A stretch of DNA of 46,069 nucleotides from Nemertoderma westbladi (GCA_032718475.1 JAUCBJ010004698.1:1-46069), one strand, 5' to 3'. Positions 21,601-37,452 are shown, numbered from the stretch's first letter. Translations and numbers: made by a program. Notes: generated by a model not told the origin, from the sequence alone.

Positions 21601-24600
21601 TAACTAACACCAACACCAATACACTAGTTGTGTAACTAACTAACACCTACACCAATACACTAGTTGTGTAACTAACTAACTAACTAACACCAATACACTA
21701 GTTGTGTAACTAACTAACTAATACCAACACCAATACACTAGTTGTGTAACTAACTAACTAACTAACACCAATACACTAGTTGTGTAACTAACTAACTAAT
21801 ACCAACACCAATACACTAGTTGTGTAACTAACTAACTAATACCAACACCAATACACTAGTTGTGTAACTAACTAACTAACACCAATACACTAGTTGTGTA
21901 ACTAACTAACTAATACCAACACCAATACACTAGTTGTGTAACTAACTAACTAACTAACACCAATACACTAGTTGTGTAACTAACTAACTAATACCAACAC
22001 CAATACACTAGTTGTGTAACTAACTAACTAACTAACACCAATACACTAGTTGTGTAACTAACTAACTAATACCAACACCAATACACTAGTTGTGTAACTA
22101 ACTAACTAACACCAATACACTAGTTGTGTAACTAACTAACTAATACCAACACCAATACACTAGTTGTGTAACTAACTAACTAACTAACACCAATACACTA
22201 GTTGTGTAACTAACTAACTAATACCAACACCAATACACTAGTTGTGTAACTAACTAACTAACACCAACACCAATACACTAGTTGTGTAACTAACTAACTA
22301 ACTAATACCAACACCAATACACTAGTTGTGTAACTAACTAACTAACTAACACCAATACACTAGTTGTGTAACTAACTAACTAATACCAACACCAATACAC
22401 TAGTTGTGTAACTAACTAACTAACTAACACCAATACACTAGTTGTGTAACTAACTAACTAATACCAACACCAATACACTAGTTGTGTAACTAACTAACTA
22501 ACTAACTAACACCAATACACTAGTTGTGTAACTAACTAACTAATACCAACACCAATACACTAGTTGTGTAACTAACTAACTAACACCAACACCAATACAC
22601 TAGTTGTGTAACTAACTAACTAATACCAACACCAATACACTAGTTGTGTAACTAACTAACTAACACCAACACCAATACACTAGTTGTGTAACTAACTAAC
22701 TACCAACACCAATACACTAGTTGTGTAACTAACTAACTAACTAACACCAATACACTAGTTGTGTAACTAACTAACTAATACCAACACCAATACACTAGTT
22801 GTGTAACTAACTAACTAACACCTACACCAATACACTAGTTGTGTAACTAACTAACTAACACCAACACCAATACACTAGTTGTGTAACTAACTAACTAACT
22901 AACACCAATACACTAGTTGTGTAACTAACTAACTAATACCAACACCAATACACTAGTTGTGTAACTAACTAACTAACTAACACCAATACACTAGTTGTGT
23001 AACTAACTAACTAACACCAACACCAATACACTAGTTGTGTAACTAACTAACTAACTAACACCAATACACTAGTTGTGTAACTAACTAACTAACACCAACA
23101 CCAATACACTAGTTGTGTAACTAACTAACTAACTAACACCAATACACTAGTTGTGTAACTAACTAACTAATACCAACACCAATACACTAGTTGTGTAACT
23201 AACTAACTAACACCAACACCAATACACTAGTTGTGTAACTAACTAACTAACTAACACCAATACACTAGTTGTGTAACTAACTAACTAATACCAACACCAA
23301 TACACTAGTTGTGTAACTAACTAACTAACTAACACCAATACACTAGTTGTGTAACTAACTAACTAATACCAACACCAATACACTAGTTGTGTAACTAACT
23401 AACTAACACCAACACCAATACACTAGTTGTGTAACTAACTAACTAACTAACACCAATACACTAGTTGTGTAACTAACTAACACCAACACCAATACACTAG
23501 TTGTGTAACTAACTAACTAACTAACACCAATACACTAGTTGTGTAACTAACTAACTAACCAACACCAATACACTAGTTGTGTAACTAACTAACTAACACC
23601 AACACCAATACACTAGTTGTGTAACTAACTAACTAACTAACACCAATACACTAGTTGTGTAACTAACTAACTAATACCAACACCAATACACTAGTTGTGT
23701 AACTAACTAACTAACTAACACCAATACACTAGTTGTGTAACTAACTAACTAATACCAACACCAATACACTAGTTGTGTAACTAACTAACTAACACCAACA
23801 CCAATACACTAGTTGTGTAACTAACTAACTAACACCAACACCAATACACTAGTTGTGTAACTAACTAACTAACTAACACCAATACACTAGTTGTGTAACT
23901 AACTAACTAATACCAACACCAATACACTAGTTGTGTAACTAACTAACTAACTAACACCAATACACTAGTTGTGTAACTAACTAACTAACACCAACACCAA
24001 TACACTAGTTGTGTAACTAACTAACTAACTAACACCAATACACTAGTTGTGTAACTAACTAACTAACACCAACACCAATACACTAGTTGTGTAACTAACT
24101 AACTAACACCAACACCAATACACTAGTTGTGTAACTAACTAACTAACTAACACCAATACACTAGTTGTGTAACTAACTAACTAATACCAACACCAATACA
24201 CTAGTTGTGTAACTAACTAACTAACTAACACCAATACACTAGTTGTGTAACTAACTAACTAATACCAACACCAATACACTAGTTGTGTAACTAACTAACT
24301 AACTAACACCAATACACTAGTTGTGTAACTAACTAACTAATACCAACACCAATACACTAGTTGTGTAACTAACTAACTAACACCAACACCAATACACTAG
24401 TTGTGTAACTAACTAACTAACTAACACCAATACACTAGTTGTGTAACTAACTAACACCAACACCAATACACTAGTTGTGTAACTAACTAACTAACTAACA
24501 CCAATACACTAGTTGTGTAACTAACTAACTAAGCAACACCAATACACTAGTTGTGTAACTAACTGACTAACACCAATACCAATACACTAGTTGTGTAACT

Positions 24601-27600
24601 AACTAACTAACTAACACCAATACACTAGTTGTGTAACTAACTAACTAATACCAACACCAATACACTAGTTGTGTAACTAACTAACTAACTAACACCAATA
24701 CACTAGTTGTGTAATTAACTAACTAATACCAACACTAATAGACTAGTTGTGTAACTAACTAACTAACACCAACACCAATACACTAGTTGTGTAACTAACT
24801 AACTAACTAACACCAATACACTAGTTGTGTAACTAACTAACTAACACCAACACCAATACACGAGTTGTGTAACTAACTAACTAACACCAACACCAATACA
24901 CTAGTTGTGTAACTAACTAACTAACTAACACCAATACACTAGTTGTGTAACTAACTAACTAATACCAACACCAATACACTAGTTGTGTAACTAACTAACT
25001 AACTAACACCAATACACTAGTTGTGTAACTAACTAACTAATACCAACACCATTACACTAGTTGTGTAACTAACTAACTAACTAACTAACACCAATACACT
25101 AGTTGTGTAACTAACTAACTAACACCAACACCAATACACTAGTTGTGTAACTAACTAACTAATACCAACACCAATACACTAGTTGTGTAACTAACTAACT
25201 AACTAACACCAATACACTAGTTGTGTAACTAACTAACTAATACCAACACCAATACACTAGTTGTGTAACTAACTAACTAACTAACACCAATACACTAGTT
25301 GTGTAACTAACTAACTAACACCAACACCAATACACTAGTTGTGTAACTAACTAACTAACACCAACACCAATACACTAGTTGTGTAACTAACTAACTAACT
25401 AACACCAATACACTAGTTGTGTAACTAACTAACTAATACCAACACCAATACACTAGTTGTGTAACTAACTAACTAACTAACACCAATACACTAGTTGTGT
25501 AACTAACTAACTAACACCAACACCAATACACTAGTTGTGTAACTAACTAACTAACACCAACACCAATACACTAGTTGTGTAACTAACTAACTAACTAACA
25601 CCAATACACTAGTTGTGTAACTAACTAACTAATACCAACACCAATACACTAGTTGTGTAACTAACTAACTAACTAACACCAATACACTAGTTGTGTAACT
25701 AACTAACTAACACCAACACCAATACACTAGTTGTGTAACTAACTAACTAATACCAACACCAATACACTAGTTGTGTAACTAACTAACTAACTAACACCAA
25801 TACACTAGTTGTGTAACTAACTAACTAACACCAACACCAATACACTAGTTGTGTAACTAACTAACTAACACCAACACCAATACACTAGTTGTGTAACTAA
25901 CTAACTAACTAACACCAATACACTAGTTGTGTAACTAACTAACTAATACCAACACCAATACACTAGTTGTGTAACTAACTAACTAACTAACACCTACACC
26001 AATACACTAGTTGTGTAACTAACTAACACCAACACCAATACACTAGTTGTGTAACTAACTAACTAACACCAATACACTAGTTGTGTAACTAACTAACTAA
26101 TACCAACACCAATACACTAGTTGTGTAACTAACTAACACCAACACCAATACACTAGTTGTGTAACTAACTAACTAATACCAACACCAATACACTAGTTGT
26201 GTAACTAACTAACTAACACCAATACACTAGTTGTGTAACTAACTAACTAATACCAACACCAATACACTAGTTGTGTAACTAACTAACTAACTAACACCAA
26301 TACACTAGTTGTGTAACTAACTAACTAATACCAACACCAATACACTAGTTGTGTAACTAACTAACTAACTAACACCAACACCAATACACTAGTTGTGTAA
26401 CTAACTAACTAATACTAACACCAATACACTAGTTGTGTAACTAACTAACTAACTAACACCAATACACTAGTTGTGTAACTAACTAACTAATACCAACACC
26501 AATACACTAGTTGTGTAACTAACTAACTAACTAACACCAACACCAATACACTAGTTGTGTAACTAACTAACACCAACACCAATACACTAGTTGTGTAACT
26601 AACTAACTAATACCAACACCAATACACTAGTTGTGTAACTAACTAACTAACACCAATACACTAGTTGTGTAACTAACTAACACCAACACCAATACACTAG
26701 TTGTGTAACTAACTAACTAACTAACACCAATACACTAGTTGTGTAACTAACTAACTAACCAACACCAATACACTAGTTGTGTAACTAACTAACTAACACC
26801 AACACCAATACACTAGTTGTGTAACTAACTAACTAACTAACACCAATACACTAGTTGTGTAACTAACTAACTAATACCAACACCAATACACTAGTTGTGT
26901 AACTAACTAACTAACTAACACCAATACACTAGTTGTGTAACTAACTAACTAATACCAACACCAATACACTAGTTGTGTAACTAACTAACTAACACCAACA
27001 CCAATACACTAGTTGTGTAACTAACTAACTAACTAACACCAATACACTAGTTGTGTAACTAACTAACTAACACCAACACCAATACACTAGTTGTGTAACT
27101 AACTAACTAACACCAACACCAATACACTAGTTGTGTAACTAACTAACTAACTAACTAACACCAATACACTAGTTGTGTAACTAACTAACTAATACCAACA
27201 CCAATACACTAGTTGTGTAACTAACTAACTAACTAACACCAATTCACTAGTTGTGTAACTAACTAACTAATACCAACACCAATACACTAGTTGTGTAACT
27301 AACTAACACCAACACCAATACACTAGTTGTGTAACTAACTAACTAATACCAACACCAATACACTAGTTGTGTAACTAACTAACTAACACCAATACACTAG
27401 TTGTGTAACTAACTAACTAATACCAACACCAATACACTAGTTGTGTAACTAACTAACTAACTAACACCAATACACTAGTTGTGTAACTAACTAACTAACA
27501 CCAACACCAATACACTAGTTGTGTAACTAACTAACTAACACCAACACCAATACACTAGTTGTGTAACTAACTAACTAACTAACACCAATACACTAGTTGT

Positions 27601-30600
27601 GTAACTAACTAACTAATACCAACACCAATACACTAGTTGTGTAACTAACTAACTAACACCAACACCAATACACTAGTTGTGTAACTAACTAACACCTACA
27701 CCAATACACTAGTTGTGTAACTAACTAACTAACTAACACCAATACACTAGTTGTGTAACTAACTAACTAATACCAACACCAATACACTAGTTGTGTAACT
27801 AACTAACTAACTAACACCAATACACTAGTTGTGTAACTAACTAACTAATACCAACACCAATACACTAGTTGTGTAACTAACTAACTAACACCAACACCAA
27901 TACACTAGTTGTGTAACTAACTAACTAATACCAACACCAATACACTAGTTGTGTAACTAACTAACTAACTAACACCAATACACTAGTTGTGTAACTAACT
28001 AACTAATACCAACACCAATACACTAGTTGTGTAACTAACTAACTAACTAACACCAACACCAATACACTAGTTGTGTAACTAACTAACACCAACACCAATA
28101 CACTAGTTGTGTAACTAACTAACTAATACCAACACCAATACACTAGTTGTGTAACTAACTAACTAATACCAACACCAATACACTAGTTGTGTAACTAACT
28201 AACACCAACACCAATACACTAGTTGTGTAACTAACTAACTAACTAACACCAATACACTAGTTGTGTAACTAACTAACTAACCAACACCAATACACTAGTT
28301 GTGTAACTAACTAACTAACACCAACACCAATACACTAGTTGTGTAACTAACTAACTAACTAACACCAATACACTAGTTGTGTAACTAACTAACTAATACC
28401 AACACCAATACACTAGTTGTGTAACTAACTAACTAACTAACACCAATACACTAGTTGTGTAACTAACTAACTAATACCAACACCAATACACTAGTTGTGT
28501 AACTAACTAACTAACACCAACACCAATACACTAGTTGTGTAACTAACTAACTAACTAACACCAATACACTAGTTGTGTAACTAACTAACTAACACCAACA
28601 CCAATACACTAGTTGTGTAACTAACTAACTAACACCAACACCAATACACTAGTTGTGTAACTAACTAACTAACTAACACCAATACACTAGTTGTGTAACT
28701 AACTAACTAATACCAACACCAATACACTAGTTGTGTAACTAACTAACTAACTAACACCAATACACTAGTTGTGTAACTAACTAACTAATACCAACACCAA
28801 TACACTAGTTGTGTAACTAACTAACTAACACCAACACCAATACACTAGTTGTGTAACTAACTAACTAATACCAACACCAATACACTAGTTGTGTAACTAA
28901 CTAACTAACACCAACACCAATACACTAGTTGTGTAACTAACTAACTACCAACACCAATACACTAGTTGTGTAACTAACTAACTAACTAACACCAATACAC
29001 TAGTTGTGTAACTAACTAACTAATACCAACACCAATACACTAGTTGTGTAACTAACTAACACCAATACACTAGTTGTGTAACTAACTAACTAATACCAAC
29101 ACCAATACACTAGTTGTGTAACTAACTAACTAACACCAACACCAATACACTAGTTGTGTAACTAACTAACTAACTAACACCAATACACTAGTTGTGTAAC
29201 TAACTAACTAATACCAACACCAATACACTAGTTGTGTAACTAACTAACTAACTAACACCAATACACTAGTTGTGTAACTAACTAACTAATACCAACACCA
29301 ATACACTAGTTGTGTAACTAACTAACTAACACCAACACCAATACACTAGTTGTGTAACTAACTAACTAACTAACACCAATACACTAGTTGTGTAACTAAC
29401 TAACACCAACACCAATACACTAGTTGTGTAACTAACTAACTAACTAACACCAATACACTAGTTGTGTAACTAACTAACTAACCAACACCAATACACTAGT
29501 TGTGTAACTAACTAACTAACACCAACACCAATACACTAGTTGTGTAACTAACTAACTAACTAACACCAATACACTAGTTGTGTAACTAACTAACTAATAC
29601 CAACACCAATACACTAGTTGTGTAACTAACTAACTAACACCAACACCAATACACTAGTTGTGTAACTAACTAACTAACACCAATACACTAGTTGTGTAAC
29701 TAACTAACTAACACCAACACCAATACACTAGTTGTGTAACTAACTAACTAACACCAACACCAATACACTAGTTGTGTAACTAACTAACTAACTAACACCA
29801 ATACACTAGTTGTGTAACTAACTAACTAATACCAACACCAATACACTAGTTGTGTAACTAACTAACTAACACCAACACCAATACACTAGTTGTGTAACTA
29901 ACTAACTAACACCAACACCAATACACTAGTTGTGTAACTAACTAACTAACTCCAACACCAATACACTAGTTGTGTAACTAACTAACTAACACCAACACCA
30001 ATACACTAGTTGTGTAACTAACTAACTAACTAACACCAATACACTAGTTGTGTAACTAACTAACTAATACCAACACCAATACACTAGTTGTGTAACTAAC
30101 TAACTAACTAACACCAATACACTAGTTGTGTAACTAACTAACTAACACCAACACCAATACACTAGTTGTGTAACTAACTAACTAACTAACACCAATACAC
30201 TAGTTGTGTAACTAACTAACTAACACCAACACCAATACACTAGTTGTGTAACTAACTAACTAACACCAACACCAATACACTAGTTGTGTAACTAACTAAC
30301 TAACTAACTAACACCAATACACTAGTTGTGTAACTAACTAACTAATACCAACACCAATACACTAGTTGTGTAACTAACTAACTAACTAACACCAATACAC
30401 TAGTTGTGTAACTAACTAACTAATACCAACACCAATACACTAGTTGTGTAACTAACTAACTAACTAACACCAATACACTAGTTGTGTAACTAACTAACTA
30501 ATACCAACACCAATACACTAGTTGTGTAACTAACTAACTAACACCAACACCAATACACTAGTTGTGTAACTAACTAACTAACTAACACCAATACACTAGT

Positions 30601-33600
30601 TGTGTAACTAACTAACACCAACACCAATACACTAGTTGTGTAACTAACTAACTAACTAACACCAATACACTAGTTGTGTAACTAACTAACTAACCAACAC
30701 CAATACACTAGTTGTGTAACTAACTAACTAACACCAACACCAATACACTAGTTGTGTAACTAACTAACTAACTAACTAACACCAATACACTAGTTGTGTA
30801 ACTAACTAACTAATACCAACACCAATACACTAGTTGTGTAACTAACTAACTAACTAACACCAATACACTAGTTGTGTAACTAACTAACTAATACCAACAC
30901 CAATACACTAGTTGTGTAACTAACTAACTAACACCAACACCAATACACTAGTTGTGTAACTAACTAACTAACTAACACCAATACACTAGTTGTGTAACTA
31001 ACTAACTAACACCAACACCAATACACTAGTTGTGTAACTAACTAACTAACACCAACACCAATACACTAGTTGTGTAACTAACTAACTAACTAACACCAAT
31101 ACACTAGTTGTGTAACTAACTAACTAATACCAACACCAATACACTAGTTGTGTAACTAACTAACTAACTAACACCAATACACTAGTTGTGTAACTAACTA
31201 ACTAATACCAACACCAATACACTAGTTGTGTAACTAACTAACTAACTAACACCAATACACTAGTTGTGTAACTAACTAACTAACACCAACACCAATACAC
31301 TAGTTGTGTAACTAACTAACTAACACCAACACCAATACACTAGTTGTGTAACTAACTAACTAACTAACACCAATACACTAGTTGTGTAACTAACTAACTA
31401 ATACCAACACCAATACACTAGTTGTGTAACTAACTAACTAACTAACTAACACCAATACACTAGTTGTGTAACTAACTAACTAACACCAACACCAATACAC
31501 TAGTTGTGTAACTAACTAACTAACACCAACACCAATACACTAGTTGTGTAACTAACTAACTAACTAACACCAATACACTAGTTGTGTAACTAACTAACTA
31601 ATACCAATACCAATACACTAGTTGTGTAACTAACTAACTAACTAACACCAATACACTAGTTGTGTAACTAACTAACTAACACCAACACCAATACACTAGT
31701 TGTGTAACTAACTAACTAACACCAACACCAATACACTAGTTGTGTAACTAACTAACTAACTAACACCAATACACTAGTTGTGTAACTAACTAACTAATAC
31801 CAACACCAATACACTAGTTGTGTAACTAACTAACTAACTAACACCAATACACTAGTTGTGTAACTAACTAACTAACACCAACACCAATACACTAGTTGTG
31901 TAACTAACTAACTAATACCAACACCAATACACTAGTTGTGTAACTAACTAACTAACTAACACCAATACACTAGTTGTGTAACTAACTAACTAACACCAAC
32001 ACCAATACACTAGTTGTGTAACTAACTAACTAACACCAACACCAATACACTAGTTGTGTAACTAACTAACTAACTAACACCAATACACTAGTTGTGTAAC
32101 TAACTAACTAATACCAACACCAATACACTAGTTGTGTAACTAACTAACTAACTAACACCTACACCAATACACTAGTTGTGTAACTAACTAACACCAACAC
32201 CAATACACTAGTTGTGTAACTAACTAACTAACACCAATACACTAGTTGTGTAACTAACTAACTAATACCAACACCAATACACTAGTTGTGTAACTAACTA
32301 ACACCAACACCAATACACTAGTTGTGTAACTAACTAACTAATACCAACACCAATACACTAGTTGTGTAACTAACTAACTAACACCAATACACTAGTTGTG
32401 TAACTAACTAACTAATACCAACACCAATACACTAGTTGTGTAACTAACTAACTAACTAACACCAATACACTAGTTGTGTAACTAACTAACTAATACCAAC
32501 ACCAATACACTAGTTGTGTAACTAACTAACTAACTAACACCAATACACTAGTTGTGTAACTAACTAACTAATACCAACACCAATACACTAGTTGTGTAAC
32601 TAACTAACTAACTAACACCAACACCAATACACTAGTTGTGTAACTAACTAACACCAACACCAATACACTAGTTGTGTAACTAACTAACTAATACCAACAC
32701 CAATACACTAGTTGTGTAACTAACTAACTAACACCAATACACTAGTTGTGTAACTAACTAACACCAACACCAATACACTAGTTGTGTAACTAACTAACTA
32801 ACTAACACCAATACACTAGTTGTGTAACTAACTAACTAACCAACACCAATACACTAGTTGTGTAACTAACTAACTAACACCAACACCAATACACTAGTTG
32901 TGTAACTAACTAACTAACTAACACCAATACACTAGTTGTGTAACTAACTAACTAATACCAACACCAATACACTAGTTGTGTAACTAACTAACTAACTAAC
33001 ACCAATACACTAGTTGTGTAACTAACTAACTAATACCAACACCAATACACTAGTTGTGTAACTAACTAACTAACACCAACACCAATACACTAGTTGTGTA
33101 ACTAACTAACTAACTAACACCAATACACTAGTTGTGTAACTAACTAACTAACACCAACACCAATACACGAGTTGTGTAACTAACTAACTAACACCAACAC
33201 CAATACACTAGTTGTGTAACTAACTAACTAACTAACACCAATACACTAGTTGTGTAACTAACTAACTAATACCAACACCAATACACTAGTTGTGTAACTA
33301 ACTAACTAACTAACACCAATACACTAGTTGTGTAACTAACTAACTAATACCAACACCATTACACTAGTTGTGTAACTAACTAACTAACTAACACCAACAC
33401 CAATACACTAGTTGTGTAACTAACTAACACCAACACCAATACACTAGTTGTGTAACTAACTAACACCAACACCAATACACTAGTTGTGTAACTAACTAAC
33501 TAACTAACACCAATACACTAGTTGTGTAACTAACTAACTAACACCAACACCAATACACTAGTTGTGTAACTAACTAACTAACACCAACACCAATACACTA

Positions 33601-35979
33601 GTTGTGTAACTAACTAACTAACTAACACCAATACACTAGTTGTGTAACTAACTAACTAATACCAACACCAATACACTAGTTGTGTAACTAACTAACTAAC
33701 TAACTAACTAACACCAATACACTAGTTGTGTAACTAACTAACTAACACCAACACCAATACACTAGTTGTGTAACTAACTAACTAACACCAACACCAATAC
33801 ACTAGTTGTGTAACTAACTAACTAACTAACACCAATACACTAGTTGTGTAACTAACTAACTAATACCAACACCAATACACTAGTTGTGTAACTAACTAAC
33901 TAACTAACACCAATACACTAGTTGTGTAACTAACTAACTAACACCAACACCAATACACTAGTTGTGTAACTAACTAACTAACACCAACACCAATACACTA
34001 GTTGTGTAACTAACTAACTAACTAACTAACACCAATACACTAGTTGTGTAACTAACTAACTAATACCAACACCAATACACTAGTTGTGTAACTAACTAAC
34101 ACCAATACACTAGTTGTGTAACTAACTAACTAACTAACACCAACACCAATACACTAGTTGTGTAACTAACTAACTAATACCAACACCAATACACTAGTTG
34201 TGTAACTAACTAACTAACTAACACCAATACACTAGTTGTGTAACTAACTAACTAACACCAACACCAATACACTAGTTGTGTAACTAACTAACTAACACCA
34301 ACACCAATACACTAGTTGTGTAACTAACTAACTAACTAACACCAATACACTAGTTGTGTAACTAACTAACTAATACCAACACCAATACACTAGTTGTGTA
34401 ACTAACTAACTAACTAACACCTACACCAATACACTAGTTGTGTAACTAACTAACACCAACACCAATACACTAGTTGTGTAACTAACTAACTAACACCAAT
34501 ACACTAGTTGTGTAACTAACTAACTAATACCAACACCAATACACTAGTTGTGTAACTAACTAACACCAACACCAATACACTAGTTGTGTAACTAACTAAC
34601 TAATACCAACACCAATACACTAGTTGTGTAACTAACTAACTAACACCAATACACTAGTTGTGTAACTAACTAACTAATACCAACACCAATACACTAGTTG
34701 TGTAACTAACTAACTAACTAACACCAATACACTAGTTGTGTAACTAACTAACTAATACCAACACCAATACACTAGTTGTGTAACTAACTAACTAACTAAC
34801 ACCAACACCAATCCAATACACTAGTTGTGTAACTAACTAACTAATACTAACACCAATACACTAGTTGTGTAACTAACTAACTAACTAACACCAATACACT
34901 AGTTGTGTAACTAACTAACTAATACCAACACCAATACACTAGTTGTGTAACTAACTAACTAACTAACACCAACACCAATACACTAGTTGTGTAACTAACT
35001 AACACCAACACCAATACACTAGTTGTGTAACTAACTAACACCAACACCAATACACTAGTTGTGTAACTAACTAACTAATACCAACACCAATACACTAGTT
35101 GTGTAACTAACTAACTAACACCAATACACTAGTTGTGTAACTAACTAACTAATACCAACACCAATACACTAGTTGTGTAACTAACTAACTAACACCAACA
35201 CCAATACACTAGTTGTGTAACTAACTAACTAACTAACACCAATACACTAGTTGTGTAACTAACTAACTAATACCAACACCAATACACTAGTTGTGTAACT
35301 AACTAACTAACACCAACACCAATACACTAGTTGTGTAACTAACTAACTAACTAATACCAACACCAATACACTAGTTGTGTATCTAACTAACTAATACCAA
35401 CACCAATACACTAGTTGTGTAACTAACTAACTAACCAACACCAATACACTAGTTGTGTAACTAACTAACTAACACCAACACCAATACACTAGTTGTGTAA
35501 CTAACTAACTAACACCAACACCAATACACTAGTTGTGTAACTAACTAACTAACACCAACACCAATACACTAGTTGTGTAACTAACTAACTAACACCAACA
35601 CCAATACACTAGTTGTGTAACTAACTAACTAACACCAACACCAATACACTAGTTGTGTAACTAACTAACTAACACCAACACCAATACACTAGTTGTGTAA
35701 CTAACTAACTAACACCAACACCAATACACTAGTTGTGTAACTAACTAACTAACACCAACACCAATACACTAGTTGTGTATCTAACTAACTAACACCAACA
35801 CCAATACACTAGTTGTGTAACTAACTAACTAACACCAACACCAATACACAAGTTGTGTAACTAACTAACTAACACCAACACCAATACCATCAACCAGGGT
35901 GAAGTGGGATGAAAAAATATTTTGTTTAAAATGACAATAAAATGTAAATGCAATTACTTATTGTGAAAATTGCGACTAG
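15628..35979 (+). mobile_element. Candidate non-autonomous Helitron enclosing the satellite
   Basis: A|TCTACTATACTTATTAAAGAG at 15627/15628 resembles a Helitron 5' end; CTAG|T at 35976-35980 is preceded by an imperfect hairpin gcaatt...aattgc (35950-35973); alternative 3' end cgggctatCTAG|T at 36205-36209. Hairpin spacing is non-canonical. Confidence 0.4.
15770..35887. repeat. 20.1-kb satellite array; unit (caccaa)1-2 tacactagttgtgtaa (ctaa)2-6, modal lengths 40 and 38 bp
   Basis: Roughly 500 units (length divided by unit size); near-invariant core tacactagttgtgta; no unique spacers. Confidence 0.98.
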
Positions 35980-36339
35980 TGTGTATGAAGATATGTATCT
36001 TCATAATTATTTTGATGCATAACAGAGATAATAAATTATATTTGCATATTTTAAAGTTGAAAGTTTGAGACAACCTAAAATATTAAAAAATTTTGGCATC
36101 AAAAATTACATGTGCCCTACTAAAGTAATTTATATTTGGATTATATCAAAAAAATCGATATTTTTGTTATGGTGGATTGGCTGGTAGAGAATTTTTCGGG
36201 CTATCTAGTGGTATTATTACACTTAGCTTCTATCATTTTCCATTTTGGAATAATTTTACGAAAACTAAAGGAGAATCGCTCATAATTTCTTCAAAGCGAG
36301 TTCAGAGTTTAAAACAACACTAGACATCCATTCATATTT

Positions 36340-36660
36340 CTGCCTGTCGGTCTGTTTGTCTGTCAAACATTAAGAAAGAATACAGGCTAACTAAAATTCT
36401 CGCCATAGAGGTTTTTTGGGTTCATGATTTCATTTCCAATGTCAGTTTTAACATTTCACGTAATATAGATTGTCTATCCATTTGTCTGTCTGTCCGTCTT
36501 TTTGTCAGACTGTCCGTCAAACATTAAGAAAGCATACAAACTAACTAAAATTTTTGCTATTGGGGTTTCTCGGGTTCGTGATTTCATTTCTGATGTCAGT
36601 TTTCACATTTCACGAAATCTAGACTGTCTGTCCGCCTGTCTGACTGTCCGTCATTTTGCC
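36340..36660. repeat. Two diverged about 154-bp tandem units with (ctgt/ccgt) runs; internal repeat of a non-autonomous DNA element
   Basis: gtcaaacattaagaaag at 36362 and 36516; tgatttcatttc..atgtcagtttt in both copies. Confidence 0.75.
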
Positions 36661-37452
36661 AATTTGTCTGTCATTGGATATTTGTTCACAAAGGATTGCG
36701 TCTACGTGGTTTAAATCAGAATTTTCGGATTCCTCGTAAAATTTTGAGTCAGAAACTGTCGTTCTAGCCCATAGGGTCTTGCAAGAAGAAAAATATACAT
36801 ATCATAAAACTTTAAATGCGTTTTTCTCAGAACGGCTTTTTTTTGATATAATCCGTTTCTACTTGACACGCCACATCTGTATATCACAAGCAAATGCCTC
36901 TTAAACAAGGCTGAACAAACAACGAACTAACAATGATTTTATTCAATTTAATTAGCTTCGTGGTTCCATTTCCTTTAGGAATTGCTTTTCTAATAAATAT
37001 TAAAAATTTAAATGTATCAGTACAAACCCTTTTCTCCTAAATTGACTACCTTCAGCTGTAAGAGTCTCATTGCAAATTATACATCGATCGTGATAACTAT
37101 CCATATCGGTATCCCATCTAACCAAAAACTATCTAACCGACAAGCAATATCTGTGAGTAGCACACCAAGAGTAATATAATTTATTATATAGCTACAGGTA
37201 GGTACTGGTACAGTAAAATACCAGTATTTATTATTTCTGATACCATATAAAATATTTAAAATATTCTGTAAATATATTGCTAAGGAAAACTCGCCATTGA
37301 TAAGTACAGTATGATTCAACATTGATGTAGAAAAATTGGTAATTACAGTATTTGAAAACTCGTTGCTACCTTGTGAAACTACCCGTTGCTAAGGTAACTC
37401 GCTGTTGCTATACACAATTCAACGTTGCCAAGGAGAACTTACTACTGTTATT

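Noticed and set aside
15770-35887. CRISPR-like array (palindromic core at regular spacing)
   Set aside because: No unique spacers; intervening sequence is only (ctaa)n/(caccaa)n; no cas genes; eukaryotic context.
15770-35887. True or interstitial telomere
   Set aside because: No canonical TTAGGG/TTAGG units, no G-runs of 3, non-array sequence on both sides, and kb-scale duplications argue for recombinational growth.
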